Shown here: positions 57,104 through 64,000 of the stretch, in pieces
How the letters are laid out: every line of letters starts with the position of its first letter
Position numbering within the stretch: position 1 is the first letter of the stretch
NCBI GenBank assembly: GCA_037445145.1
Contig: JBBILB010000005.1
Coordinates: 4,820-68,819, forward strand
From: Candidatus Woesearchaeota archaeon
Lineage (GTDB): Archaea; Nanobdellota; Nanobdellia; Woesearchaeales; ARS49
Direction: 5' to 3'
DNA length: 64,000 nt
Position numbers and translations under genes: made by a program
The notes under the pieces: generated by a model
What the model was told of the DNA's origin: nothing
The model's input: only the letters and a program-made list of their open reading frames with translations
The model's database searches: none

Positions 57104-58291
57104 ATGGTTTTGAAAACCAAACTTTTAAGTATTCCCTGCCCGCTACCTTTTCTTGGGATGGGGGTTAAAGCTGTTTTGGGTCCTGTTTTTCAGCGCTTGA
57201 AGGCAGTTCCAGCCTGGTTTTGGTATGCGTGTTCCCTGTTTGTGCTGACCAGGGCTGTGCTTACAGTCATAGGCGTGATTTCAAGGCAGACAATACTGCT
57301 TTCCAGCCACGCATTCAAGTACACAGGTATTCCTGTTCTTGACATTTGGGGTGTTTGGGACACAGAGTGGTTTATGCGCATTGCGACAGAAGGTTATTCA
57401 ACGCAATTGTATGGCAGGTATGCGAATTACGGCTTTTTTCCGCTTTACCCTTTGCTCATGCGGTTTTTCGGCGGTTTTATCGGCAATGATTATGTTGCCG
57501 GCCTGTTTATTTCCAACATTTCGCTTTTTGCCGCCTGCTATTTCCTTTACATGCTCGTGAAGATGGATGATGGCGAGGAGACAGCAATGCGTTCTGTCTG
57601 GTATTTCTTTATTTTTCCGAGCGCGTTCATTCTTTCAGGAGTGTTTTCCGAATCTTTGTTTCTTGCATTATTGCTTGCGTGCTTTTATTATGCAAGAAAA
57701 AGCAATTGGGCTTTGGTCGGAATCCTTGGGTTTTTTCTCTCAATTACGAGGTACATAGGATTTATTGCAGTGCTTCCGTTGTTTTTTGAGTACATGAAAG
57801 AAAGGAATTTCAGGATAAAAAACATAAAACTGAATGTCCTGTTTTTGCTTTTGCTTCCCCTCGGATTCCTCTCGTACATGGTTTTTGTTTATCATCTGAC
57901 AGGAGACCCTCTTGGTTATTTTCACGTCCAAAAGACAGGATGGGGTTTTGAGATTTCAAACCCGCTCGGCCACTTGTTTTCAATGCCTGAGACCCCTGCG
58001 CAGGCAGTTGCAAAGGGCGCCATTATTTTCGGGCTTGCATTTTTTGCAGTGTTCTTCAAAAGGCTGAGGTTTTCGTACTGGTTTTTGGGCGTTTACTCAA
58101 TTCTTGTGCCTTTGTGCACAGGCGCAATTCCTGGAACGCTCAGGTATTTTGCTCCGATATTCCCGTTTTTTATCCTGTTCGCAAAGCTCGGCAAGAACAA
58201 TTATGCCAACCAGTTAATGACGATATTGTTTGCCCTTTTGCAGGGCTTCCTGATGATGTTCTGGACAGTGGGAGCCCCAATGATAGTTTAG
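57104..58291 (+). CDS. PIG-V/Mannosyl_trans2-like GT-C integral membrane glycosyltransferase
   Basis: WDTEWFMRIATEGY ... YGFFPLYPLLMR signature of the PIG-V-like family. About 10 TM segments. Confidence 0.7.
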   Translation: MVLKTKLLSIPCPLPFLGMGVKAVLGPVFQRLKAVPAWFWYACSLFVLTRAVLTVIGVISRQTILLSSHAFKYTGIPVLDIWGVWDTEWFMRIATEGYSTQLYGRYANYGFFPLYPLLMRFFGGFIGNDYVAGLFISNISLFAACYFLYMLVKMDDGEETAMRSVWYFFIFPSAFILSGVFSESLFLALLLACFYYARKSNWALVGILGFFLSITRYIGFIAVLPLFFEYMKERNFRIKNIKLNVLFLLLLPLGFLSYMVFVYHLTGDPLGYFHVQKTGWGFEISNPLGHLFSMPETPAQAVAKGAIIFGLAFFAVFFKRLRFSYWFLGVYSILVPLCTGAIPGTLRYFAPIFPFFILFAKLGKNNYANQLMTILFALLQGFLMMFWTVGAPMIV

Positions 58292-58320
58292 AATTATTCG
58301 TTGAAGACTAAATCTCGATG

Positions 58321-58360
58321 GCGCCGCGCCTGAGCTCTGCTCAGTCACGGACCGCGGCGC
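58321..58360 (+). repeat. GC-rich structured repeat, truncated copy (copy 1, 40 nt)
   Basis: GCGCCGCG-CCTGAGCTCTGCTCAGTCACGGAC-CGCGGCGC. It shares the 8-bp terminal inverted repeat and first hairpin with copies 2 and 3. It lies between convergent genes. Confidence 0.7.
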
Positions 58361-58410
58361 ATAAAGAAAAGTTTATTTTAGAATAGAAATAAAAAAAACA
58401 ATAAAAAATT

Positions 58411-58665
58411 TCACGCCTTGAAGACAATGTCTCCTTCCTTGCAGGGCTGGCTGACTTTCATCCCGACTTCCATTCCCTTCTTGGCTTCGGGAATCTGCTC
58501 GTGCTCCACCTGCATGCTGTCCACATTCTGCTCAAAGCTCTGGCCGTGGCCTTCTATCCTTATTTTGTCCCCCACTTTCAGCGGCGCATCAAGCTTCACA
58601 ACAGCCACGCTAATCTTGTTGAAGAAGTGTGTTATTTTACCGACTGGTTTTGGTGCATCTGGCAT
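58411..58665 (-). CDS. Small EF-Tu domain-II-like beta-barrel protein (84 aa)
   Basis: VAVVKLDAPLKVGDKIRIEG...VDSMQVEHEQIPEAKKGMEVGMKV...KEGDIVFK fits the translation-factor domain 2 pattern. GGGGTGAT SD and TATA upstream. Confidence 0.55.
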   Translation of the reverse strand: MPDAPKPVGKITHFFNKISVAVVKLDAPLKVGDKIRIEGHGQSFEQNVDSMQVEHEQIPEAKKGMEVGMKVSQPCKEGDIVFKA

Positions 58666-58720
58666 ATGAAATCACCCCGTTGTTTCTTCAATTGACGATT
58701 GTATATAAATATTGCGGTGC

Positions 58721-60181
58721 TCAGTATGCTTTGGCAAAATAAGCCACCACCTTTGCCGGCTTTGCGCAATGGACGCATTTGCCTGCGGGCTTTTTGTCCA
58801 TTATGATTCCCCTTGTTCCTGCCCCTCCTGACTTGTCCTTTATCCAGTCCTCGCATTCCGGAGTGTTGCAGAAGTCTGCCCTGGCTGCTTTTTTGTTTTT
58901 TATTGCCTTTATGAGCTCGTCCATTGTTTTCACGTCAACAATTCCTGCCTCTGTTATTTTTTTTGATTTCGCGAGCAGTTCTTTTTGCATTGAGTCAAGC
59001 ATTAAGTTTATTGTCTTTTTCACGTCAGCAAGCTTTACTGTTTTTTTCTCGCCATTGTCCCTTCTTACCAAAACCGCCTGTCCTGCCTTGAGGTCTTTTG
59101 GCCCGATTTCTATCCGTACAGGCATCCCTTTCAGCTCCCATTCGTTGAACTTCCAGCCAGGCGTGTAGCCATCGCGGTTGTCAAGGACGGGGGCAAAGTC
59201 TGCAAGCTCTTTCTTCAGTTTTTCACATGCAGAAAGAACTTCCTTCTTTGTGTCTTCAAAAAGTATTGGGACTATTACTGCCTTGTTTGGCGCGATTCTT
59301 GGCGGGATTACAAGCCCTTTGTCGTCAGAATGCACTGCCACCATCACGCCTATCATTCTTGTCGTGATTGCCCATGTGTTCTGCCAGGCAAAATTTTTGT
59401 TTCCTTTTTCGTCAAGGAATGAAATGTTGTATGCCTTTGCGAAATTCTGGCCGTCTGAGTGCGCGTCAGGGCCCTGCGCCATTTTTCCGTTTGGCACAAA
59501 GAACTCAAGCGTTTCTGTTGATTCTGCTCCTGCGAATTTTTCCTTTTCCGTCTTTTTGCCGTGCAATGGATAGAGTGCAAGACTGTTCTGGCAAACATCT
59601 TTCCACAAGGCCATTATGTCCTTGATTTCCCTGTCTGCCTCTTCTTTTGTCGCGAATGCCGTGTGTCCTTCCACCCAGAGGAATTCCCTTGTTCTTAGCA
59701 ATAGCGTGGGGTGCTTGAATTCCCACCTTACCACGTTGTTCCACTGCATTAATTTTAATGGCAGGTCTCTCCAGCTGCGTATCCATTTGGAGTATGAATC
59801 ATACATTATTGCTTCTGAAGTCGGGCGGACAGCAAGGTTTTCTGCCAGCTTTGTGTGCCCTGCGTGAGTCACCCAGGCGCATTCCGGCGTGAAGCCCTCA
59901 ACGTGTGTTGCCTCTTTTTTCAGGAGTGATTCTGGTATGAATAGCGGGAAGTATGCGTTCTGGATTCCCATTTCCTTCAGCCTTGGCTCGCAGGCTGCCC
60001 GAATGTTATCCCACAACGCCATGCCGAGCGGCCGGATTACCATGCATCCCGAAACAATGCTGTAGTCAGCCAGTCCTGACTTTGTCACAACCTGTGTGAA
60101 CCATTCTGAAAAATTCTCTGACTTCTTTACGGTTATTCCAACCTGCTTCTCTTCTTCTGGCTTTTCAGCTTTCTTTGGCAT
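58721..60181 (-). CDS. proS: Prolyl-tRNA synthetase, archaeal/eukaryal type
   Basis: Class IIa core (RWEFKHPTLLLRTREFLWVEGHTAF), anticodon-binding domain, and a C-terminal Cys-containing domain ending in the conserved Tyr (CVHCAKPAKVVAYFAKAY). Confidence 0.95.
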   Translation of the reverse strand: MPKKAEKPEEEKQVGITVKKSENFSEWFTQVVTKSGLADYSIVSGCMVIRPLGMALWDNIRAACEPRLKEMGIQNAYFPLFIPESLLKKEATHVEGFTPECAWVTHAGHTKLAENLAVRPTSEAIMYDSYSKWIRSWRDLPLKLMQWNNVVRWEFKHPTLLLRTREFLWVEGHTAFATKEEADREIKDIMALWKDVCQNSLALYPLHGKKTEKEKFAGAESTETLEFFVPNGKMAQGPDAHSDGQNFAKAYNISFLDEKGNKNFAWQNTWAITTRMIGVMVAVHSDDKGLVIPPRIAPNKAVIVPILFEDTKKEVLSACEKLKKELADFAPVLDNRDGYTPGWKFNEWELKGMPVRIEIGPKDLKAGQAVLVRRDNGEKKTVKLADVKKTINLMLDSMQKELLAKSKKITEAGIVDVKTMDELIKAIKNKKAARADFCNTPECEDWIKDKSGGAGTRGIIMDKKPAGKCVHCAKPAKVVAYFAKAY

Positions 60182-60249
60182 ATACCTGCACAGAATAAGG
60201 TTGTTTTAAAAAACTTTCCACGTAGAGGTCATGTTGCATCACAATCACT

Positions 60250-60345
60250 GCGCCGCGGTCGTGCTCTCGCACGACTCAATTTGTCTCCCCTGTGCTGGAT
60301 CAAGGGGAGACAAATTGACCTGAACTAATGGTTCAGGCGCGGCGC
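60250..60345 (-). repeat. GC-rich structured repeat, full copy (copy 2, 96 nt, minus orientation)
   Basis: The reverse complement aligns end to end with copy 3. Closing stem GCGCCGCG/CGCGGCGC, H1 CCTGAAC-CATTA-GTTCAGG, H2 TCAATTTGTCTCCCC-N13-GGGGAGACAAATTGA, H3 GTCGTGC-GAGA-GCACGAC. Confidence 0.8.
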
Positions 60346-60420
60346 TGGACAAGAAGCCTGACGACGTTCAAGCACACATTTTATAAACAACTGCTTATTG
60401 CAGTCTGTAAGGGGGAGTAT

Positions 60421-60729
60421 ATGGCAGAGAACAAAGATGATGCAGCCTTGTTTCTCTTTGTTGCAGGCCTGCTTATTGCTCTTGCCATAATTGTGCTTCC
60501 TTTTGTGTGGTCTTTTGCAAAGGCAGAATTGTCAAAAACAAAGGTTTCTGTTATTGTTAGCGATGAGTGCAAGCCAGGCGCGCCTTGCCAGATCTGCACT
60601 GAAACAGCCCAAAACAGGTCGTGCATTACAGGTGTTTGTGATGCCCAGCAGAACTGCATTTCGCCGTCTCCGAAGAATGCCACGCCCAAAATTCCTGAGA
60701 AAGGGGTCAAGTCCTTGGTGATGAATTGA
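60421..60729 (+). CDS. Small membrane-anchored Cys-rich protein (102 aa)
   Basis: MAENKDDAALFLFVAGLLIALAIIVLPFVW TM, then a 6-Cys ectodomain. The stop overlaps the next start (TGATG). The ORF-track start at 60328 lies inside repeat copy 2 and was rejected. Confidence 0.5.
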   Translation: MAENKDDAALFLFVAGLLIALAIIVLPFVWSFAKAELSKTKVSVIVSDECKPGAPCQICTETAQNRSCITGVCDAQQNCISPSPKNATPKIPEKGVKSLVMN

Positions 60730-61886
60730 TGCTTGACAAATACTCAAAGTATGACAAGGCAATGCTTTTGCTTGTTGCTGTTGTTTTTGTCGCGCATTTA
60801 TTGATAATCGCGACGCCTCTCAAAGGATATGTTTTTGACGAGGCGCACTATGTCCCGTCTGCAAAATGCATGCTTAATGGCACCGTTTGCAATGTTGAGC
60901 ACCCGCCGTTGTCAAAGGCAATGATTGCGTTTGGAATAAGGATGTTTGGAGACAATGGCATTGGGTGGCGTTTGCCGACAATAATTGCAGGAACATTATC
61001 TATCGTTGTTGTTTACGTTCTTGTCCGGCGCTTGCGCGATGAAAAAACAGCGCTTATTGCTGCTTTTTTGCTTTCGTTTGAGTCATTGTGGTTCACTCAT
61101 TCATCTATTGCTTTGCTTGACATTATTGCAGTATTTTTTGCAATTCTTGGTATTTACCTTTTTATTTGCAACAAAAGAATATTGTCAGGGATTGCGTTTG
61201 GGCTTGGGTTGTTGTCAAAAGAGACTGTTTTGTTAGTGATTCCTGCGCTTGTTCTTTATGCTGCATTTTCGCAGCCAAAAATCTGGTCAAAAGATGCTTT
61301 GAAGGCGGCGTTAAAGGTTTGCTTGTCTGTCGGCTTGACTGCAATAATAGTTTTCCTTGTTGGATTGAATGCTTATGACGTGACTTATGACGCTTTCCCA
61401 ACGCCTTTCCACCACATTGCCCGCATGGTCAGGCACAATCAGGCAATTGAGGCGCCAAGGTTTTCTGATGTCACTCACCCATTAAGGTGGTTTTCTGGGT
61501 TTATTCCAGACCCGTATTTTCTGACAACAGTCCGTGTTGGCGAGCACAAGCGGTCTTTTGCGCAGTATTATTCCCAGCCAAACCTTGTTGTTTTGCTAAT
61601 AATCTGGCTTGCATTGCCGTATGCTCTTGCGAATGCCTGGAAAAAAGAGCCTCTTGAATTATTGAACCTGCTTGTTGTGGCTGTTGTGTTTGGAGCTTAT
61701 GTTGTTCTTGCGTCTGCCAGGATAACTTACCCGTTTTACATGCTGTTGTTCTTGCCCAGCTTGTGCATTATCAACGCAACTTTCCTTGCACGGCTCCAAA
61801 AACCAGTCCTGATATGCTATTGTCTTGGTGTGCTTGCCTGGTTTATCTTCTGGTTCCCGAGAAACATATTCACGATAGGAATGTAA
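60729..61886 (+). CDS. PMT/ArnT-like GT-C (dolichyl-phosphate-mannose-protein mannosyltransferase family)
   Basis: Loop-1 acidic motif YVFDEAHYVPSA (the DE motif of GT39/GT83 enzymes). About 10 TM segments. Confidence 0.75.
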   Translation: MLDKYSKYDKAMLLLVAVVFVAHLLIIATPLKGYVFDEAHYVPSAKCMLNGTVCNVEHPPLSKAMIAFGIRMFGDNGIGWRLPTIIAGTLSIVVVYVLVRRLRDEKTALIAAFLLSFESLWFTHSSIALLDIIAVFFAILGIYLFICNKRILSGIAFGLGLLSKETVLLVIPALVLYAAFSQPKIWSKDALKAALKVCLSVGLTAIIVFLVGLNAYDVTYDAFPTPFHHIARMVRHNQAIEAPRFSDVTHPLRWFSGFIPDPYFLTTVRVGEHKRSFAQYYSQPNLVVLLIIWLALPYALANAWKKEPLELLNLLVVAVVFGAYVVLASARITYPFYMLLFLPSLCIINATFLARLQKPVLICYCLGVLAWFIFWFPRNIFTIGM

Positions 61887-61936
61887 AATGGGCAAAATAC
61901 GATTATCACGAGGTGTGTTGCAAGATTTCATGTCAA

Positions 61937-62031
61937 GCGCCGCGCCTGAACCGATAGTTCAGGTTGTTTTGTCTCCCCCTGACTCAGCGCAGGGGAGACA
62001 AAACAAGTCCCGCGCAACGGGACCGCGGCGC
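61937..62031 (+). repeat. GC-rich structured repeat, full copy (copy 3, 95 nt)
   Basis: GCGCCGCG | CCTGAAC-CGATA-GTTCAGG | TTGTTTTGTCTCCCC-N13-GGGGAGACAAAACAA | GTCCCG-CGCAA-CGGGAC | CGCGGCGC. Every nucleotide outside the loops is paired. Confidence 0.8.
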
Positions 62032-62131
62032 ATTGCGGGCTTTATAACAAATACCGCGGTCGGCTTGCCACAGCACGAAAACAGGACCAGAGCGGCGTTT
62101 CAGACAAACAAGTCGTCTACAGGTGCATAAA

Positions 62132-62506
62132 ATGAGGAAAAAAGGTCTTCCAATACTTGCCGCAATGGGCATTGTTGTCTTGTGCACTTTATTGACTTCT
62201 TCCGGCAAGGTTTTGTGGAAGTTTGGCGCGAACAACTGGCCATTGTTCCCTGCCATTTATCAGGTGATTGGCGGGTTTATACTGCACGCAATTGCTGCTG
62301 CTGTCCTGATTTATTTGTTCAAGAAAGGCGAGGTTTCAATACTTTTTCCTGTTTTTGCCACAAACTACATCTGGGTCAATGTTTTTGCTTACATTTTCTT
62401 CCACGAATCATTTACTGTGCTTAAATGGGCAGGCATTGCGTGCATCATTGCGGGCTCTATAATCCTTAGCAGGGGCTCTCACAAGCACAGGGCGGTGGTC
62501 GGATGA
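62132..62506 (+). CDS. 4-TM EamA/SMR-like half-transporter (ArnE/ArnF-like lipid-linked sugar flippase subunit)
   Basis: 124 aa, four hydrophobic segments, ...LKWAGIACIIAGSIIL C-terminal motif. ATGA overlap with its paralogue. The ORF-track GTG start is at 62123. Confidence 0.65.
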   Translation: MRKKGLPILAAMGIVVLCTLLTSSGKVLWKFGANNWPLFPAIYQVIGGFILHAIAAAVLIYLFKKGEVSILFPVFATNYIWVNVFAYIFFHESFTVLKWAGIACIIAGSIILSRGSHKHRAVVG

Positions 62507-62877
62507 GCACTGCGTGGTTTGCGCCACTGATAATCGTGGCTTCCTCTATTTTTTCAGGTCTTTCTCCGACCTTTCTGAAAAAGGGGGCAAAGAAATTCAC
62601 TGTCAATCCTTTCAGGCTCATCAGGAAGCCGTCTTTATTGTTAAAGAATTGGGGTGTTATTGCCGGGCTTGGGCTTGATGTCATGTCAGCAAGCCTGAAC
62701 ATTGTTGCTTTGCGGTTTGGAGAGCTTAGCGTGCTTTATCCTGTGAATTCCCTCACATACATTTGGTCTTGTGTTTTTGCCTCAGCATTCCTAAAGGAAA
62801 AAATGACAAAACTGAAATGGGCAGGGGTGTTGCTGATTGTTATCGGAGTTGCGCTTATTACTATGGGGATGAAATAA
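62503..62877 (+). CDS. 4-TM EamA/SMR-like half-transporter, paralogue (ArnE/ArnF-like)
   Basis: 124 aa, four hydrophobic segments, ...LKWAGVLLIVIGVALI. TAATG overlap with the GT2 gene. Confidence 0.65.
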   Translation: MSTAWFAPLIIVASSIFSGLSPTFLKKGAKKFTVNPFRLIRKPSLLLKNWGVIAGLGLDVMSASLNIVALRFGELSVLYPVNSLTYIWSCVFASAFLKEKMTKLKWAGVLLIVIGVALITMGMK

Positions 62878-63554
62878 TGCTTTCAATAATAATCCCGACT
62901 TACAACGAGGCAGAAAACATAAAGCCACTGGTGAGAAGAATATGCAAGGCAATGCCTAAGGGTATTGAAATCATTATTGTTGATGATAATTCTCCTGACG
63001 GCACAGGAAAAATTGCTGACAAACTGGCTAGGCGATATCCTGTTCGCGTGATTCACAGGGCAGGAAAGTCTGGCTTGGCTGATGCAGTTATTGAGGGCTT
63101 CAGGCACGCACGTGGCGAGTTTGTTGGCTGCATGGATGCTGACCACAGCCACACTCCTGAACTCCTGCCAAAACTGCTGGAAACTGTCAAGGATGGTGCT
63201 GATATTGCTGTTGCCTCAAGAAAAGTCGGCAATGGCAGGACTATTGGCTGGAATGCTTATCGTCATGCTATGTCCTGGATTGCAACAGCTCTTGCCTGGC
63301 CTTTGACATCAGTAAGGGACAGGACTTCTGGCTACATGGTTTTCAGGAAGAAAATAATAGAAGGCATAAGGCTCAACCCTGTCGGATACAAAATAGTCCT
63401 TGAGGTCGTCGTAAGGAGCCGCTCAAAACGCATAATAGAGGTTCCATTCACGTTCATCAACCGGAAAACCGGCAAAAGCCACACAAACAAAAAAATAATC
63501 CTCGAATACATACGACATTTGGGAAGGTTGTATTGGTTTAAGTTGTTTGGCTGA
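62877..63554 (+). CDS. Dolichyl-phosphate mannose (or hexose) synthase, Dpm1-like GT2
   Basis: LSIIIPTYNEAENI, IIIVDDNSPDGT, MDADHSHTP (DAD.SH motif of Dpm1) and RTSGYMVF. I chose the ATG at 62877 over the ORF-track start at 62763, which overlaps the preceding gene. Confidence 0.8.
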   Translation: MLSIIIPTYNEAENIKPLVRRICKAMPKGIEIIIVDDNSPDGTGKIADKLARRYPVRVIHRAGKSGLADAVIEGFRHARGEFVGCMDADHSHTPELLPKLLETVKDGADIAVASRKVGNGRTIGWNAYRHAMSWIATALAWPLTSVRDRTSGYMVFRKKIIEGIRLNPVGYKIVLEVVVRSRSKRIIEVPFTFINRKTGKSHTNKKIILEYIRHLGRLYWFKLFG

Positions 63555-64000
63555 TTATAGAATTCCTTGCTTTTTCAGGCGCTTGCGCAGTGCGAGCAGA
63601 GTGCGCATTATTTTATTGACGGTATTAATAATGCGCACTCTGCTTGTTCTTTGGCTTTCTGTCCACTTCACCGGAATTTGGGCTATTGGATAGCCTTGTT
63701 TTTCTGCGAGAATAAGCAGTTCTGAATCAAAAAACCAGGAAGGGTCTTGTATTTGCGGAAGCAGTTCTTTTTTTGCTTTTTTGCTTATTGCCTTGAAACC
63801 GCACTGCAGGTCTTTAATTCTTGTTTTTACAATCAGTTTTGCTATTGTATTGTATCCTTTTGACAAGATTGTCCTGTTCAAATCACGCCTGACTGTGGAA
63901 TGCCTGTCAAACCTGTTTCCTGTTGCAACTGCTGCACCTTGCTTTATTGCGCTAATCATTCTGGGCAGTGCATTAAGGTCTGTTGCAAGGTCTGCATCCA
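63555..64000 (-). CDS. Second GT2-family glycosyltransferase, 5'-truncated by the window end
   Basis: The reading frame stays open upstream of the ORF-track Met to the window edge (..DADLATDLNALPRMISAIKQG, DxD motif). Also QCGFKAISKK and FFDSELLILAEKQGY. Confidence 0.65.
   Translation of the reverse strand, partial: DADLATDLNALPRMISAIKQGAAVATGNRFDRHSTVRRDLNRTILSKGYNTIAKLIVKTRIKDLQCGFKAISKKAKKELLPQIQDPSWFFDSELLILAEKQGYPIAQIPVKWTESQRTSRVRIINTVNKIMRTLLALRKRLKKQGIL

Noticed and set aside
61937-62031. tRNA, split-tRNA or intron-containing tRNA interpretation of the cloverleaf repeats
   Set aside because: The closing stem is 8 bp with no 8/9 linker. Arm 1 lacks the D-loop A14/G18G19 features and arm 3 lacks the T-loop TTC(G/A)A. 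The central 15-bp arm is perfectly paired with no bulge-helix-bulge. The same element recurs with different arm sequences. A formal tRNAscan/Infernal run should still be done.
58321-62031. MITE/transposon interpretation of the repeats
   Set aside because: I see no target-site duplication flanking any of the three copies, and no transposase or integrase in the window. The pattern of compensatory stem changes fits selection on structure better. Not fully excluded.
61888-62130. 80-aa plus-strand ORF, and the N-terminal extension of the ORF starting at 60328
   Set aside because: Both are read straight through the GC-rich structured repeat copies (Arg/Ala/Pro-rich translation). The second repeat copy is inverted, so it cannot encode the same peptide. 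I treat them as non-coding.

Overview
Gene-dense, archaeal-type chromosomal segment. Evidence: archaeal SRP54, archaeal/eukaryal-type ProRS, archease-RtcB, TrmB and AbrB-PhoU regulators, A/T-rich TATA boxes about 25-35 nt upstream of many ATGs, and frequent 1-4 nt start/stop overlaps. The gene set fits a small-genome, possibly DPANN-like, archaeon, but taxonomy cannot be fixed without a database search. The left ~31 kb carries a PadR-headed MacB-type ABC exporter operon, trxB, archease-rtcB, a Hanks kinase, an endonuclease IV-like gene, pepA, surface proteins, an atypical kinase-fold gene pair, an IMPase-like gene, a class II lysS operon with a retropepsin-like gene and rimK, a Dph6-like gene and srp54. 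The window is dominated by one uninterrupted 25,416-nt minus-strand ORF (31627..57042, 8,471 aa). It has an N-terminal signal anchor and an NPP/alkaline-phosphatase-like domain. These are followed by two parallel beta-helix modules, a 7-repeat FG-GAP propeller, poly-Thr/Gly/Cys linkers and a lipase-like alpha/beta hydrolase. After a 4-TM cluster in mid-protein come a degenerate SpoIIE/PP2C-like segment, about 3,400 aa of alpha-helical/coiled-coil sequence, a minimal protein-kinase-like domain and a C-terminal TM anchor. By eye, N-x-S/T sequons number about 106 in the first ~1,750 aa and none in the last ~4,340 aa. The right flank is a lipid-linked glycosylation cassette: a PIG-V-like GT-C, a PMT-like GT-C, two ArnE/F-like half-transporters, a Dpm1-like GT2 and a second GT2. 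proS is embedded in it, along with three copies of a GC-rich repeat that folds into a perfect four-way junction with compensatory stem changes. I recognised no rRNA, tRNA, CRISPR array, transposase or integrase. All domain calls come from motifs read by eye, and domain coordinates inside the giant ORF are approximate.
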